NCBI GenBank assembly: GCA_035708305.1
Contig: DASSSU010000037.1
Coordinates: 1-52,379, forward strand
Direction of reading: 5' to 3'
DNA length: 52,379 bases
From: Minisyncoccota bacterium
GTDB taxonomy: Bacteria > Patescibacteriota > Minisyncoccia > Phycocordibacterales > DASSSU01
Positions 40,538 to 49,920 of the stretch are shown here, piece after piece. The translations under genes and the position numbers were made by a program. The first letter of the stretch is position 1. Every line of letters begins with the position of its first letter. Below the pieces are notes generated by a model. It did no database searches. It had not been told where the DNA came from and saw nothing but the letters and a program-made list of their open reading frames with translations.

Positions 40538-41284
40538 TTAGTTGAGGTTCTCTCTAAAAAACGGAAGGATGTGTTTTTTTCGTAATTCGGGACCGCTCAT
40601 TTTATGCCCCTTTTTGGGGAGAATATGAAAAGAATAAGGTTTTCTGAGTCTCGTGAGCTCTTCGGCGAGTTCACGCGAAAGAAAAGCCGGGACGTTTTCA
40701 TCGTCTTCTCCGTGTAGAATCAGCACCGGACAAGCAAGCGTTTTCATGTCAAAGATCGGCGAACGATCTCTCATTGCTTCCTCTGAAAGTCCCGTTTCAT
40801 CCTCAATCTGTTTTTTTATCATCGGGTGTTTTTTCTCCCACTGATAATTTTTTTGAAGATCATATGCTCCAGATTGAAAAACAGCAGCCTTCCACAGTTT
40901 TGGGTAATGAACAGCGAGCAAGGCCGCAACGCTTGCCCCACGAGAAACTCCATGGACGGCTATTTTTTTCTGGTTAAGGTTCTTTTTTTGGATCACTTCC
41001 TGAACAACATCAGCAATTCCTGAAATGGTTTTTGGACCATAGTAGTCACGCGGACCATTTGAGTAACCAAAACCGCGTTGAGATGGTAGGATGATGTTAT
41101 ATCCGAAATTGGTAAGCACTCGCGCAGGGTAAATCATATCCCACGCGCCGAATGTGTTATACCCATGAATATAGACAATGGTTGGTGAAATTTCCGGCGA
41201 ACTTTCTGATGGAAAAAAGAGTGCTTCAAATTTTTCTCCTTTATGAGGACGCAAAAACTGTTCAAAAGAAATGATATTTTGCAT
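40538..41284 (-). CDS. Alpha/beta-hydrolase (S9 peptidase catalytic-domain-like)
   Basis: IHG, GVSRGA nucleophile elbow, LHGEDDENVP acid and GH motif; no beta-propeller. Confidence 0.85.
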   Translation of the reverse strand: MQNIISFEQFLRPHKGEKFEALFFPSESSPEISPTIVYIHGYNTFGAWDMIYPARVLTNFGYNIILPSQRGFGYSNGPRDYYGPKTISGIADVVQEVIQKKNLNQKKIAVHGVSRGASVAALLAVHYPKLWKAAVFQSGAYDLQKNYQWEKKHPMIKKQIEDETGLSEEAMRDRSPIFDMKTLACPVLILHGEDDENVPAFLSRELAEELTRLRKPYSFHILPKKGHKMSGPELRKKHILPFFRENLN

Positions 41285-41378
41285 GAGGTTTATGAGGTTT
41301 ATAATAAAAAAGAGGAGACGATTTACGCCTCCTCGAAATTTGAAAGATCTTCTTCTCAGTTATTTTAGGTGCAGTATT

Positions 41379-41915
41379 TTACTGTGGATCACTACAACCC
41401 GGTCCGCAACCGCAGGAATCTCCTGGGCTACAATCACCCAAAACAATATACCCAATTTTTTCAATGCCTGGTCCGAGTACCGGTTTACCTTTCTCGTTTA
41501 AATAATACCAGTTCTCACCCAGGACACCCTCTCCAAACAGGTTAGTAGCAACTTGAAGGGTGTATTTGGGTGCGTTTGGATCAGAAGGCTGATCACTTGT
41601 CGCCGGTTTGTGGTAAATAAAATGAGCAAAGTGTTTTATGCAGAAATCTTCATATTCTTTCATGAAGAGTCCAAATTCATGCCATCCAATGTCTATCGTG
41701 TCGGGAGGAGTCCACTGTCCAGGAATTGTCCCACACATGTACAGAAAACGTTTGGTATCCTGAAATACGCTACAGGCTTGTTTGTAGGACATGCCATGTT
41801 TCTTTTGAAGACGCTCGACAACGTGCCGGTTATCGTAGTTCATAACCTTCTCAAGCAGTTCAGGTGATTTACTAGCGTGAACGTTAGACGTGCGCTTTAG
41901 TATTGAATTTGTCAT
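41379..41915 (-). CDS. Glycine-rich-domain-containing-protein-like fold with a Cys-rich C-terminal tail
   Basis: KRFL..C....TPP..ID.GWH.F......Y..FC...F..FI.H.P pattern; tail DCSPGDSCGCGPGCSDPQ; GAGGT Shine-Dalgarno. Confidence 0.65.
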   Translation of the reverse strand: MTNSILKRTSNVHASKSPELLEKVMNYDNRHVVERLQKKHGMSYKQACSVFQDTKRFLYMCGTIPGQWTPPDTIDIGWHEFGLFMKEYEDFCIKHFAHFIYHKPATSDQPSDPNAPKYTLQVATNLFGEGVLGENWYYLNEKGKPVLGPGIEKIGYIVLGDCSPGDSCGCGPGCSDPQ

Positions 41916-42100
41916 CTTTACTTACCTCTGTGTTGTCCAAGAAAAGAACCGGAATGCTCAGAACCATGAAAAAGTACAACATTCCATTGCGAATATAACA
42001 TGCTTAAATATTTTACGCAACAAGCATTGACAAATATTAAATTCCAATTAATGTAGAGTTGGTATTCAAAATTTTTTGTTCTTTGAAAAGGAGTTGGGAA

Positions 42101-43303
42101 ATGAAAATACTCATGATAGTGAAATATCCTCCAATTCAGGGTGGGGTAAGTACTGAGTCATATTGGACCGCTCAAACTTTTGCAGAAATGGGGCATGAAG
42201 TTCACGTTCTTACAAATGCAGATGAAATAGAAGAACAATATCGAATCAAAATTCCGCCACAAGATATGCATCTATTAGCAGGGTACAAAATAAAAGGAAA
42301 AATTTTTCTTCATAAAACAGAAAAAGATAGTAATCATGTCTTTATACCACAAAATAATCCGAGTGTTTCAAAAATAGTCGGTACCGGGCTTAAAGTTATT
42401 AAAGAATTTAATCCGGCATTCATCTGGAGCTATTACTTGGAACCATATGGAGTATCGGCACTTTTCCTGTCGCTTTTGACTGGGGTGCCTTATGTTATAA
42501 AACATGCGGGAAGTGATATTGGGAGACTTATGCCGACAGCGCAGCTTATGCCGATCTACAAAGAGGTATTTCAACGAGCCTTATTCGTAATAACTCATTC
42601 TGTTCACTTTGACCGCTTTCGTCTTTTGGGAGTAAAAGTGACCAATTTTTCTGAAAGTATTTCTAATCGGTTCAGAGGAGATTTATTCTTTCCTGAGCCA
42701 CCTCAAGAAAAAAAGATGGTTACCATTGGTGTATATGGGAAAACGGGACATTCCAAGGGAACATATGAGATTCTAAAAGCTATTGGATTGCTTCGTTCGC
42801 AAGGTGTCCCTTGTGTATTGAAAGCTTGCTGGGATAAAAAGAATGTAGACATTATCTGTAGATACGCAGAAACTCTTTCCCTTGGAGAAGATGTTTTTCA
42901 GTGGATAGATTTCATGCCTCATTGGAGAATGCCTGACTTCATTAAATCGTGTGATATGATTTTGTTTTTGGAAAATAACTTCCGTATACGATTCCATACA
43001 CCTGGAATTCCAATCGAAGTCCTTGCTTGCGGGCGCCCAATTATTACGACATCTGAAATTGCTGACAAGAAATTTTTAGCAACTTTTCTAAAACCGAAGG
43101 AAAATGCATTCTTAATTTCTAAAGAGAAGGTCGATTCAGAAACAATTGCAGAAGCGATCCATACGGTAATAAACCATGTATCGGGTACTGACTTCTGGAG
43201 GACACCATGGGTGAATTCCGGTTTACTTTCATTTAAGGCTAGGCTTAAAACTGAAGAGTTCTTAAACGTAATTCAAGATCGAATAAATTTCTCTAAAGCC
43301 TGA
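42101..43303 (+). CDS. GT-B fold glycosyltransferase (GT4-like)
   Basis: KYPP..GG, GHEVHVLT, HAGSD and EVLACGRPII motifs; AGGAG Shine-Dalgarno at 42089-42093 supports ATG 42101. Confidence 0.85.
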   Translation: MKILMIVKYPPIQGGVSTESYWTAQTFAEMGHEVHVLTNADEIEEQYRIKIPPQDMHLLAGYKIKGKIFLHKTEKDSNHVFIPQNNPSVSKIVGTGLKVIKEFNPAFIWSYYLEPYGVSALFLSLLTGVPYVIKHAGSDIGRLMPTAQLMPIYKEVFQRALFVITHSVHFDRFRLLGVKVTNFSESISNRFRGDLFFPEPPQEKKMVTIGVYGKTGHSKGTYEILKAIGLLRSQGVPCVLKACWDKKNVDIICRYAETLSLGEDVFQWIDFMPHWRMPDFIKSCDMILFLENNFRIRFHTPGIPIEVLACGRPIITTSEIADKKFLATFLKPKENAFLISKEKVDSETIAEAIHTVINHVSGTDFWRTPWVNSGLLSFKARLKTEEFLNVIQDRINFSKA

Positions 43304-43323
43304 TAAGTCGGAGAATTAGGTTC

Positions 43324-43351
43324 AAGAGCCGGAGAAAGTCCGGCTCTTTTT
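43324..43351 (+). terminator. Intrinsic terminator
   Basis: aagagccgga-gaaag-tccggctctt followed by T run. Confidence 0.8.
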
Positions 43352-43470
43352 AATACCGCTTTCAATAAAGAGGATATTTTTTAGAGGTTCTTAATTATTG
43401 AAGAATAAAAAATTTAAAAGATTCTTGAATTCTAAAACATTTGAATAAATACATATCGTTTCGTTTAGGG

Positions 43471-44730
43471 CTACACAAAAATTTCCGGAATGGGGAAGGA
43501 AAGGGCGAGGGTTTTGACTTCTTCGCGAAGCGTGGATTTTTTTGCTTCGTTATCTTTGTTTTTCAAAATATCCAAAATGATTTCTGCGACGCGTGCGCAG
43601 TCTTTTTCTTTAAAACCGCGGGTGGTAATCGCCGGAGTGCCGAGGCGGATGCCGGAAGGGTCAAGCGGTTTGCGCGGGTCGTCGGCGATGACGTTCATGT
43701 TGAGCGTGATGCCGATTTCATCTAGAAGAGTCTGTGCTTCTTTTCCAGAAACTCCAAACGAACCGGAAACATCTGCCAGGATGAGATGGTTGTCCGTACC
43801 GCCGGTGATCATTTTGAGACCGCCGCGCGCGAAAACTTCTGCCATGGCTTTTGTGTTTTTCAGAATCTGCGCTGCGTACTCCTGGAATGCAGGCGTGAGC
43901 GCTTCACCAAAACACACGGCTTTTGCGGCGATGGTGTTCATGTGCGGACCGCCCTGGAGACCGGGAAAAACCACCTTGTCGATTTTTTTCGCAAGGTCTT
44001 CGTTTTCACGGACGAGGATCATGCCGCCGCGTGGTCCGCGAAGAGTCTTGTGTGTGGTGGTCGTCATGACATCAAACCCGAAATCAAACGGATTTTTCAC
44101 GGCTTTTCCGGCGATGAGTCCGGCAATGTGCGCCACGTCGATCATCGAAACGGCGCCGATTTCACGGGCGATCTCCACAAATTTTGCGTAGTCAAGTTCG
44201 CGCGGGTAGGAAGAGAATCCGGCGAGGATTATTTTTGGTTTTTCACGGAGTGCGATTTCCCGCATTTCGTTGTAGTCGATTTCGCCGGTCGTGGGATCTT
44301 TCATTTTGTAGTGCACGAAGCGGAAGAGCTTTGAGAGCACGGTGACCGGAGAGCCGTGCGTGAGGTGTCCGCCGTGGGAAAGGTCCATCCCGAGAATCGT
44401 GTCGCCCGGTTCAAGAAGCGCGAAATATGCCGCCATGTTTGCCGGCGCGCCCGAGTGCGGCTGGACGTTGGTAAACTTCGCCTCGAAAAGTTTTTTCGCC
44501 CGGTCCCGTGCGAGATCTTCCACTGTATCGGTGAAATCTTGCCCGCCGTAGTAGCGCTTGCCAGGGTAGCCTTCGGAATATTTGTTGGTAAAAACCGATG
44601 CATTGGCTTCACGAACAGCGCGCGAAACGTAGTTTTCCGACGGAATGAGCTCGAGTCCTTCGGTTTGGCGCTTTTCTTCGCCTTGGATCGCGTCCCAAAC
44701 TTCCCGGTCTTGGTTTTTGAGGTATGACAT
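43471..44730 (-). CDS. glyA: Serine hydroxymethyltransferase
   Basis: LIPSEN, GYPGKRYYGG, HGGHLTHG, TTTHKTLRGPRGG and SGIRLGTPA motifs; start set at ATG 44730. Confidence 0.98.
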   Translation of the reverse strand: MSYLKNQDREVWDAIQGEEKRQTEGLELIPSENYVSRAVREANASVFTNKYSEGYPGKRYYGGQDFTDTVEDLARDRAKKLFEAKFTNVQPHSGAPANMAAYFALLEPGDTILGMDLSHGGHLTHGSPVTVLSKLFRFVHYKMKDPTTGEIDYNEMREIALREKPKIILAGFSSYPRELDYAKFVEIAREIGAVSMIDVAHIAGLIAGKAVKNPFDFGFDVMTTTTHKTLRGPRGGMILVRENEDLAKKIDKVVFPGLQGGPHMNTIAAKAVCFGEALTPAFQEYAAQILKNTKAMAEVFARGGLKMITGGTDNHLILADVSGSFGVSGKEAQTLLDEIGITLNMNVIADDPRKPLDPSGIRLGTPAITTRGFKEKDCARVAEIILDILKNKDNEAKKSTLREEVKTLALSFPIPEIFV

Positions 44731-44789
44731 ATTTCTACATGATAGCAAATCGAAACAGAAAAGAAAAAGGGAATGACTTTGGAAATTCC

Positions 44790-44835
44790 ACCATATATTT
44801 TTTGAAGTTTGTGGGCTTCATGAAAAGAGCATATG
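44790..44835 (+). repeat. Family A degenerate copy A7
   Basis: catatattttttgaagtttgtgggcttcatgaaaagagcatatg. Confidence 0.65.
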
Positions 44836-44926
44836 CTTGTGGTTTTCAGACCGATAAACTTTCCGAAAAATAAAAAATGGGGAAAATGAAATTTCAAAGA
44901 TGTTTTCTTCTTGTATAATGAAATGA

Positions 44927-46789
44927 ATGAAAACGAGTTTTCTTGCCGCCTTGGGATGGTTTCTCCTTGCGGTACTCGGCGCGGGAATGTGGTATCTGCT
45001 TCGCTTTGGAGGCGAGGCGGTGTATTCGCCGTTTTTGCCGGAGGTTGCTTTTCTCGCTTTTTTTCTCGCGGGATTTTTTGTTTTTCTGATTCTGCGCAAA
45101 ACACTCAAAACGCGGGCGAAAATTCTTGCGTACGATCAGGAACTCAGGCACAAAAATGAAATGTACGATCTCATTTCTGGCGGACTCGACGACGGGATTT
45201 GGGATTGGGATTTCAAGACTGGAAAAGTTTTTTTTTCGGATGAGTGGAAGAAGCTTTTGGAGTTCAAAGATCGAGGGAGGCTTGGGGCGCGCTTTGAAAA
45301 TTCTCCCGAAGGATTGCAGTTGAAAGCGCAAAGTGCGGACGCGGAAAACAGCACGGTACCCGGAAAAGTAGAGACGATCGCGGATTTCGAAGATACGGCG
45401 GACTGGTGGGCGGGGCGGATTCACCCGGACGACATTGACCAAGTGAAGCAGCAGATGGATCTGCATTTCGCGGGACAGAAGCCGTTTTATGAAGCGGAGT
45501 ACCGGTTTTTGAACGGAAAGCAGGAGTATGTGTGGATCATCGATCGCGGCCGGGCGGTGAAAGACGCGAGAGGAAAGCTCAGTCACATGGCCGGGATCAC
45601 GAGCAGTATTCAGGATTTGAAGAATGTGGAGAAAGTTTTGAAAGGACGTACCAGCGAACTCGAAGCTGCAAAAGCGCACATCGAAAGCGAAAAAGCGCAA
45701 ACAGAAACCGTGCTGGAGTCGATCGGTGAAGGCGTGATCGCAGTGGACAAAAAAGGCCTGGTCACGGTGGCGAACCCCGCGGGGGCAAACATGCTCGGGC
45801 TTTCGAAAGAAGACATGATCGGCATGACCTTTGCCAACGTGATTCCGAAAGAAGAAGATCGCAAAGAGCAGCCGACACAAAAAGAAGATCGCCTTGTGTA
45901 CCAAACCCTCGCGACGGGCAAGAAATATTCCGCGACCTCCTACTACTATCGTTCGGATGATGCAAAATTTCCGGCGGCGGTCACTTCTGCGCCGATTGTG
46001 CTGGACGGAGCGCTTGCGGGGGCGATTGTGGTTTTTCGTGACACCACGCGTGAAATGGAGATCGACAAACAAAAAACGGAATTTGTTTCGCTTGCGTCTC
46101 ACCAACTTCGCACACCGCTTTCCGCCGTGCGCTGGTACTCGGAAATGGTGCTGGGGGAAAAGATCGGTCCCCTAAACGACAAGCAGCGGAAGTATGTGCA
46201 GGAAGTCTACGACAGCAACTTGCGGATGATCGAGCTGGTGAACGCACTCTTGAACGTATCGCGCATTGAGCTGGGAACCTTTGCCGTGGAGCCATCGGAA
46301 GTAAACCTGGGTGAAATGTTTGAAAGCGTGGTGGACGAGCTCATGCCAGCCATGCGGGCAAAAAACCTTCACTTTGAAAAGCATTATGAAAACGCACCGA
46401 AAGCCTTTTTTGTGGATCCGAACCTCATGCGGATCGTTTTCCAAAACTTGCTTTCCAACTCGGTGAAGTACACGCCGGAGGGTGGAAGTGTGGGTATTTC
46501 GGTGGAAGAAGTTGGGGCATATTTGCGGGTGAAAGTCTACGACACCGGCTACGGCATCCCGAAAGCCGATCAGCCAAAAATGTTTACCAAGCTTTTCCGT
46601 GCGAGCAACGTGACGACAAAAGACACGGAAGGAACGGGTCTCGGTTTGTACATCATCAAGTCCGTGGTAGAAAAAACCGGCGGGCGGATTTGGTTTGAAT
46701 CGGAGGAAAATAAAGGAACAACGTTTTTTGTGGAGTTGCCGATGAAGGGGATGAGTAAGATTGAAGGCACAAAAGGCCTCGAACCTTGA
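44927..46789 (+). CDS. Membrane PAS/PAC sensor histidine kinase
   Basis: Two N-terminal TMs; PAS (GIWDWD, RIHPDD) and second PAS; H-box SHQLRTPL; NLLSNSVKY, DTGYGI and GTGLGL. Confidence 0.95.
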   Translation: MKTSFLAALGWFLLAVLGAGMWYLLRFGGEAVYSPFLPEVAFLAFFLAGFFVFLILRKTLKTRAKILAYDQELRHKNEMYDLISGGLDDGIWDWDFKTGKVFFSDEWKKLLEFKDRGRLGARFENSPEGLQLKAQSADAENSTVPGKVETIADFEDTADWWAGRIHPDDIDQVKQQMDLHFAGQKPFYEAEYRFLNGKQEYVWIIDRGRAVKDARGKLSHMAGITSSIQDLKNVEKVLKGRTSELEAAKAHIESEKAQTETVLESIGEGVIAVDKKGLVTVANPAGANMLGLSKEDMIGMTFANVIPKEEDRKEQPTQKEDRLVYQTLATGKKYSATSYYYRSDDAKFPAAVTSAPIVLDGALAGAIVVFRDTTREMEIDKQKTEFVSLASHQLRTPLSAVRWYSEMVLGEKIGPLNDKQRKYVQEVYDSNLRMIELVNALLNVSRIELGTFAVEPSEVNLGEMFESVVDELMPAMRAKNLHFEKHYENAPKAFFVDPNLMRIVFQNLLSNSVKYTPEGGSVGISVEEVGAYLRVKVYDTGYGIPKADQPKMFTKLFRASNVTTKDTEGTGLGLYIIKSVVEKTGGRIWFESEENKGTTFFVELPMKGMSKIEGTKGLEP

Positions 46790-46919
46790 TATCAAAACCT
46801 CCATTTTTGGCGAATACCTTTGTTGCAAAAGAAGAATCACTCAGTCACCGTAACCGGAAGTACGGCTCCCTCGGATTCTTCTTTTGCGCCTCGGTCTTCA
46901 TCCAAAAATGGAGGTTTTG
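46790..46919 (+). repeat. Family B nested hairpin, copy B5
   Basis: Directly after the kinase TGA; outer caaaacctccatttttgg/ccaaaaatggaggttttg; inner gcaaaagaagaatc/gattcttcttttgc; core gtcaccgta..gtacggctcc. Confidence 0.9.
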
Positions 46920-46952
46920 TTTTTCAAAATTCTGGAGGTGGTTGCTCACCGA

Positions 46953-47018
46953 GGAGGACAGCCCATGTTCTTTTCGAAGTTTGTGGGCTTCACGAGAAAA
47001 GAACATGGGCTGTTCTCC
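46953..47018 (+). repeat. Family A hairpin, copy A8
   Basis: ggaggacagcccatgttcttttcgaagtttgtgggcttcacgagaaaagaacatgggctgttctcc. Confidence 0.9.
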
Positions 47019-47098
47019 AAATAACTATTCTATTTTTAGAATTCTAAGTATATCTTTGTTTCTTCATTTTAAAGTTTTTTGTTATAATCCGGATATTC

Positions 47099-47488
47099 AT
47101 GGAACCTACATCAAAAAGCAAAAAAATTCTCATTGTTGAGGATGACCGTGCACTCCGGACGATTTTGGGTGACCGACTTCGGGAAGATGCGTACGAGGTG
47201 ATCGAAGCAAGTGACGGGGAAGCGGGACTTCAGATGGCGAAAGAAAGCCATCCTGATTTGATTCTTCTCGACATCATCATGCCCAAAATGGACGGGATCG
47301 AAATGCTTGCGGAACTCCGCAAAGACGTGTGGGGGAAAGGGGCTAATGTTATTATGCTCACGAACTTAAGCGCTGAAGATCAGAAAAGCGCCGCGCGTGA
47401 ACAGGGTGTGGCGGATTATCTCGTGAAATCTGATTGGGATATCGAAGGTATCGTGGATTGCATCAAAAGCAAGATCAAAAAAATCTAA
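47099..47488 (+). CDS. Single-domain response regulator
   Basis: ILIVEDD, LLDIIMPKMDG, MLTN and YLVK motifs. Confidence 0.92.
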   Translation: MEPTSKSKKILIVEDDRALRTILGDRLREDAYEVIEASDGEAGLQMAKESHPDLILLDIIMPKMDGIEMLAELRKDVWGKGANVIMLTNLSAEDQKSAAREQGVADYLVKSDWDIEGIVDCIKSKIKKI

Positions 47489-47529
47489 TCTAAAGAATTG
47501 TTTTCGAGACAAGCGCCGCAAAGAGTACT

Positions 47530-48003
47530 ATGCGAAAAAATTTAACCATCGGTCTTTTTGTGAGCTTCGCTTTGGTAGGGGTGTCTGTGGGAAGCTTTTT
47601 ACTTTCGGAACGATCTCCCGTAAGCACTTTGAAGGCTTCAAAAGAGATTTCGCTTTCTTTGAACGGACATGTACTCGCGGCGGAGGTTGCAGACACGGCA
47701 AGTGAACGCCTCCAAGGTCTTTCGGATCGCGCGGAATTGGCACCTGGAAAAGGGATGTTTTTTGTTTTTCCTGAGAGTGATTATCAGGGGATTTGGATGA
47801 AAGATATGCATTTTCCCATTGACATACTTTGGCTGGATCAGTCTTATCATGTGGTCTCTCTAATGACGAATGTTTCTCCGGGGACGTATCCGACGATTTT
47901 TAAACCTGCGGTGCCGGCAGAGTATGTTCTTGAGACGAACGCTGGATTTGTAAAGCAAGTAGGGCTCCATCTGGGCGATCAAGTACAAAAAATAAGAGAA
48001 TAA
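47530..48003 (+). CDS. DUF192-family protein
   Basis: AEVADT..ER.QGLS, GMFFVF, WMKDMHFPIDI.W and YVLE.NAG motifs. Confidence 0.9.
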   Translation: MRKNLTIGLFVSFALVGVSVGSFLLSERSPVSTLKASKEISLSLNGHVLAAEVADTASERLQGLSDRAELAPGKGMFFVFPESDYQGIWMKDMHFPIDILWLDQSYHVVSLMTNVSPGTYPTIFKPAVPAEYVLETNAGFVKQVGLHLGDQVQKIRE

Positions 48004-48013
48004 ACTCACCCGT

Positions 48014-48022
48014 TTATCCACA
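48014..48022 (+). promoter_or_regulatory. Perfect DnaA box upstream of the surface-protein operon promoter
   Basis: TTATCCACA; TGgTACAAT at 48051-48059. Confidence 0.55.
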
Positions 48023-48105
48023 GTTCTCTTTGCTTTTAAGATTTACGAGGTGGTACAATAGCGGTATAGTATAAATTCCTCTGGAGAGGTATTAACAATT
48101 ATTCT

Positions 48106-48768
48106 TTGAGGCGTATGTATTTATCTTTTATTGTTGCTGCGAAGAGATCCTTGGTCATCACGTTGGCTTTGAGTTTTCTTGGGTTGGCAAGCTTTTTTCT
48201 TTTTGAGCCATCTATCACCAAAGCTGCTACGGACAGCGTGACGGTGAGCCAGGCCGTGACCGCCGACATTTCATTGTCTGCTGCAAGCGATATCACACTT
48301 AGCGCCCTCTCAAGCTCCGTCAACTCAGCGGTGGGAAGTACCACCTGGACGGTAATCACCAACAACAGTTCCGGCTACAACCTAAAGGTGGCGGCTGGAA
48401 CCTCTCCCGCACTTAAGAGCGGTTCAAACAGTTTTGCTGATTACAGCGAAGCAGTGGCGGGTACTCCGGAGACCTGGAGTGTTTCAAATGCCTACGAGTT
48501 TGGTTTTTCAGGATTTGGTACTGATGTCTCTACCGCAAGCTTTGGAAGTGACACGAAATGTACCCCAACAGCAAACGACCCGAGTGCTTCAAGTTTGAAG
48601 TGGGAAGGTTTTGATACTACCGGTATTGAGCTTGCAAACTCATCAGGAGTAACGAACACCAGCGGATCAGATGTAACCTTGTGTGTTGCAACTGAGCAAA
48701 ACGGTGTGTTTGCTCCCTCCGGATCCTACTCCGCCACTATTACGGCAACAGCGGTGGTAAACCCATAA
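48106..48768 (+). CDS. Secreted beta-rich protein, WxL/fimbrial-subunit-like
   Basis: Signal peptide (...TKA|AT), TWTVITNNSSGYNL and C-terminal GSYSATITATAV. Confidence 0.55.
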   Translation: MRRMYLSFIVAAKRSLVITLALSFLGLASFFLFEPSITKAATDSVTVSQAVTADISLSAASDITLSALSSSVNSAVGSTTWTVITNNSSGYNLKVAAGTSPALKSGSNSFADYSEAVAGTPETWSVSNAYEFGFSGFGTDVSTASFGSDTKCTPTANDPSASSLKWEGFDTTGIELANSSGVTNTSGSDVTLCVATEQNGVFAPSGSYSATITATAVVNP

Positions 48769-48841
48769 ATCACCGTGATTGAACGGAAGGAAAGAAAATC
48801 AGAGGGGGTTCATATCTCTCAGAATGTAAATCTATCTTCAC

Positions 48842-49867
48842 ATGATGACCTTTGGTAAAGTTGTACCGAATCAGGCTGTAGCAGGCAATTTCCTGGGGTG
48901 GCATGCAAAAAAGGCGGCTTTCTTTGCTGCTTTTTTTTCTTTCTCCTTCTTTTTTCTTTTTTTCTTTTCACCTTTTGCAGCAAGCGCATACTCTATTGAG
49001 AACACCAACGCGGAATTAACAGGAGACTTCGTACTTTCTCCTGCCAAGTTAGAAATTGATATTGATCCCGGAAGTACGGCTACTCGTACAATTTCCATCA
49101 CCAACCGCGTCAACAAAGACGTGAATTTCAGTGTCAGTGTGGAGGACTTTGAAGGTTCGGAAGACCCGAACCAGGCGGTGGTGCTTTTGGGAGATAAAAC
49201 CGGTCCATATTCTTTAAAGGATTTTATCAAGCCGGAGATCTCCACCTTTAGTCTCAAGCCGGGAGAGAGAATCACTATTCCGATCGCAATTTCTATTCCT
49301 CAAAACGCCGAACCGGGAGGCTTGTATGGATCAGTGCTGGTGCAGAACGTTCCTGACCAGACGGGCAACGGAGCACAAACGGTATCACGGCTTGGGGCAC
49401 TGCTTTTTGTCCGTGTAGCGGGTGCAGCTGATGAAGCGGGAAGTCTGAAGAATTTTCAAATTGAAGGTGGAAAAAAGGTGTTCACACATGGACCGTTTCC
49501 TTTTGAATTTATTTACCAGAACACCGGAAATGTTCACTTGATTCCATATGGAGTCATCACTATTTACAATATTTTGGGTAATCCGGTCAAAACCATCGAC
49601 GTGGATCCGTATTTTGCCCTTCCGGATGCTATTCGCTATCGCAAAATTGTTTGGGATAAGGGCGTGCTTCTCGGCCGCTACAAAGCCGTTTTGCAATTGA
49701 ACCGTGGTTATGGAGACAATGGCGGCATTGTGGATACCAAGGAGGTCGTTTTTTGGGTGCTTCCGTGGAAATGGATTTTGGGCGGAATCTTTGCGCTCTT
49801 TGTGATCATTCTTTTGATTTATTTCATGACTACCCGTCTTGAAGTATCGTTTAAGAAGAAAAAATAG
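48842..49867 (+). CDS. DUF916/DUF3324-like surface-complex protein with C-terminal TM
   Basis: LSP...PG...T..I...N; IP.NAEPGG.YG; NTGNVHL.P.G.I.I.N; W.LPW plus TM and basic tail. Confidence 0.7.
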   Translation: MMTFGKVVPNQAVAGNFLGWHAKKAAFFAAFFSFSFFFLFFFSPFAASAYSIENTNAELTGDFVLSPAKLEIDIDPGSTATRTISITNRVNKDVNFSVSVEDFEGSEDPNQAVVLLGDKTGPYSLKDFIKPEISTFSLKPGERITIPIAISIPQNAEPGGLYGSVLVQNVPDQTGNGAQTVSRLGALLFVRVAGAADEAGSLKNFQIEGGKKVFTHGPFPFEFIYQNTGNVHLIPYGVITIYNILGNPVKTIDVDPYFALPDAIRYRKIVWDKGVLLGRYKAVLQLNRGYGDNGGIVDTKEVVFWVLPWKWILGGIFALFVIILLIYFMTTRLEVSFKKKK

Positions 49868-49920
49868 CAGGACCAGGTTTGTTTCACGTTTTTTGAATTT
49901 ATGATAATACACAATTCTCG

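Noticed and set aside
44894-46105. 403-aa minus-strand ORF (and similar long antisense ORFs over ligA, eno and glyA)
   Set aside because: Shadows of well-supported genes on the opposite strand
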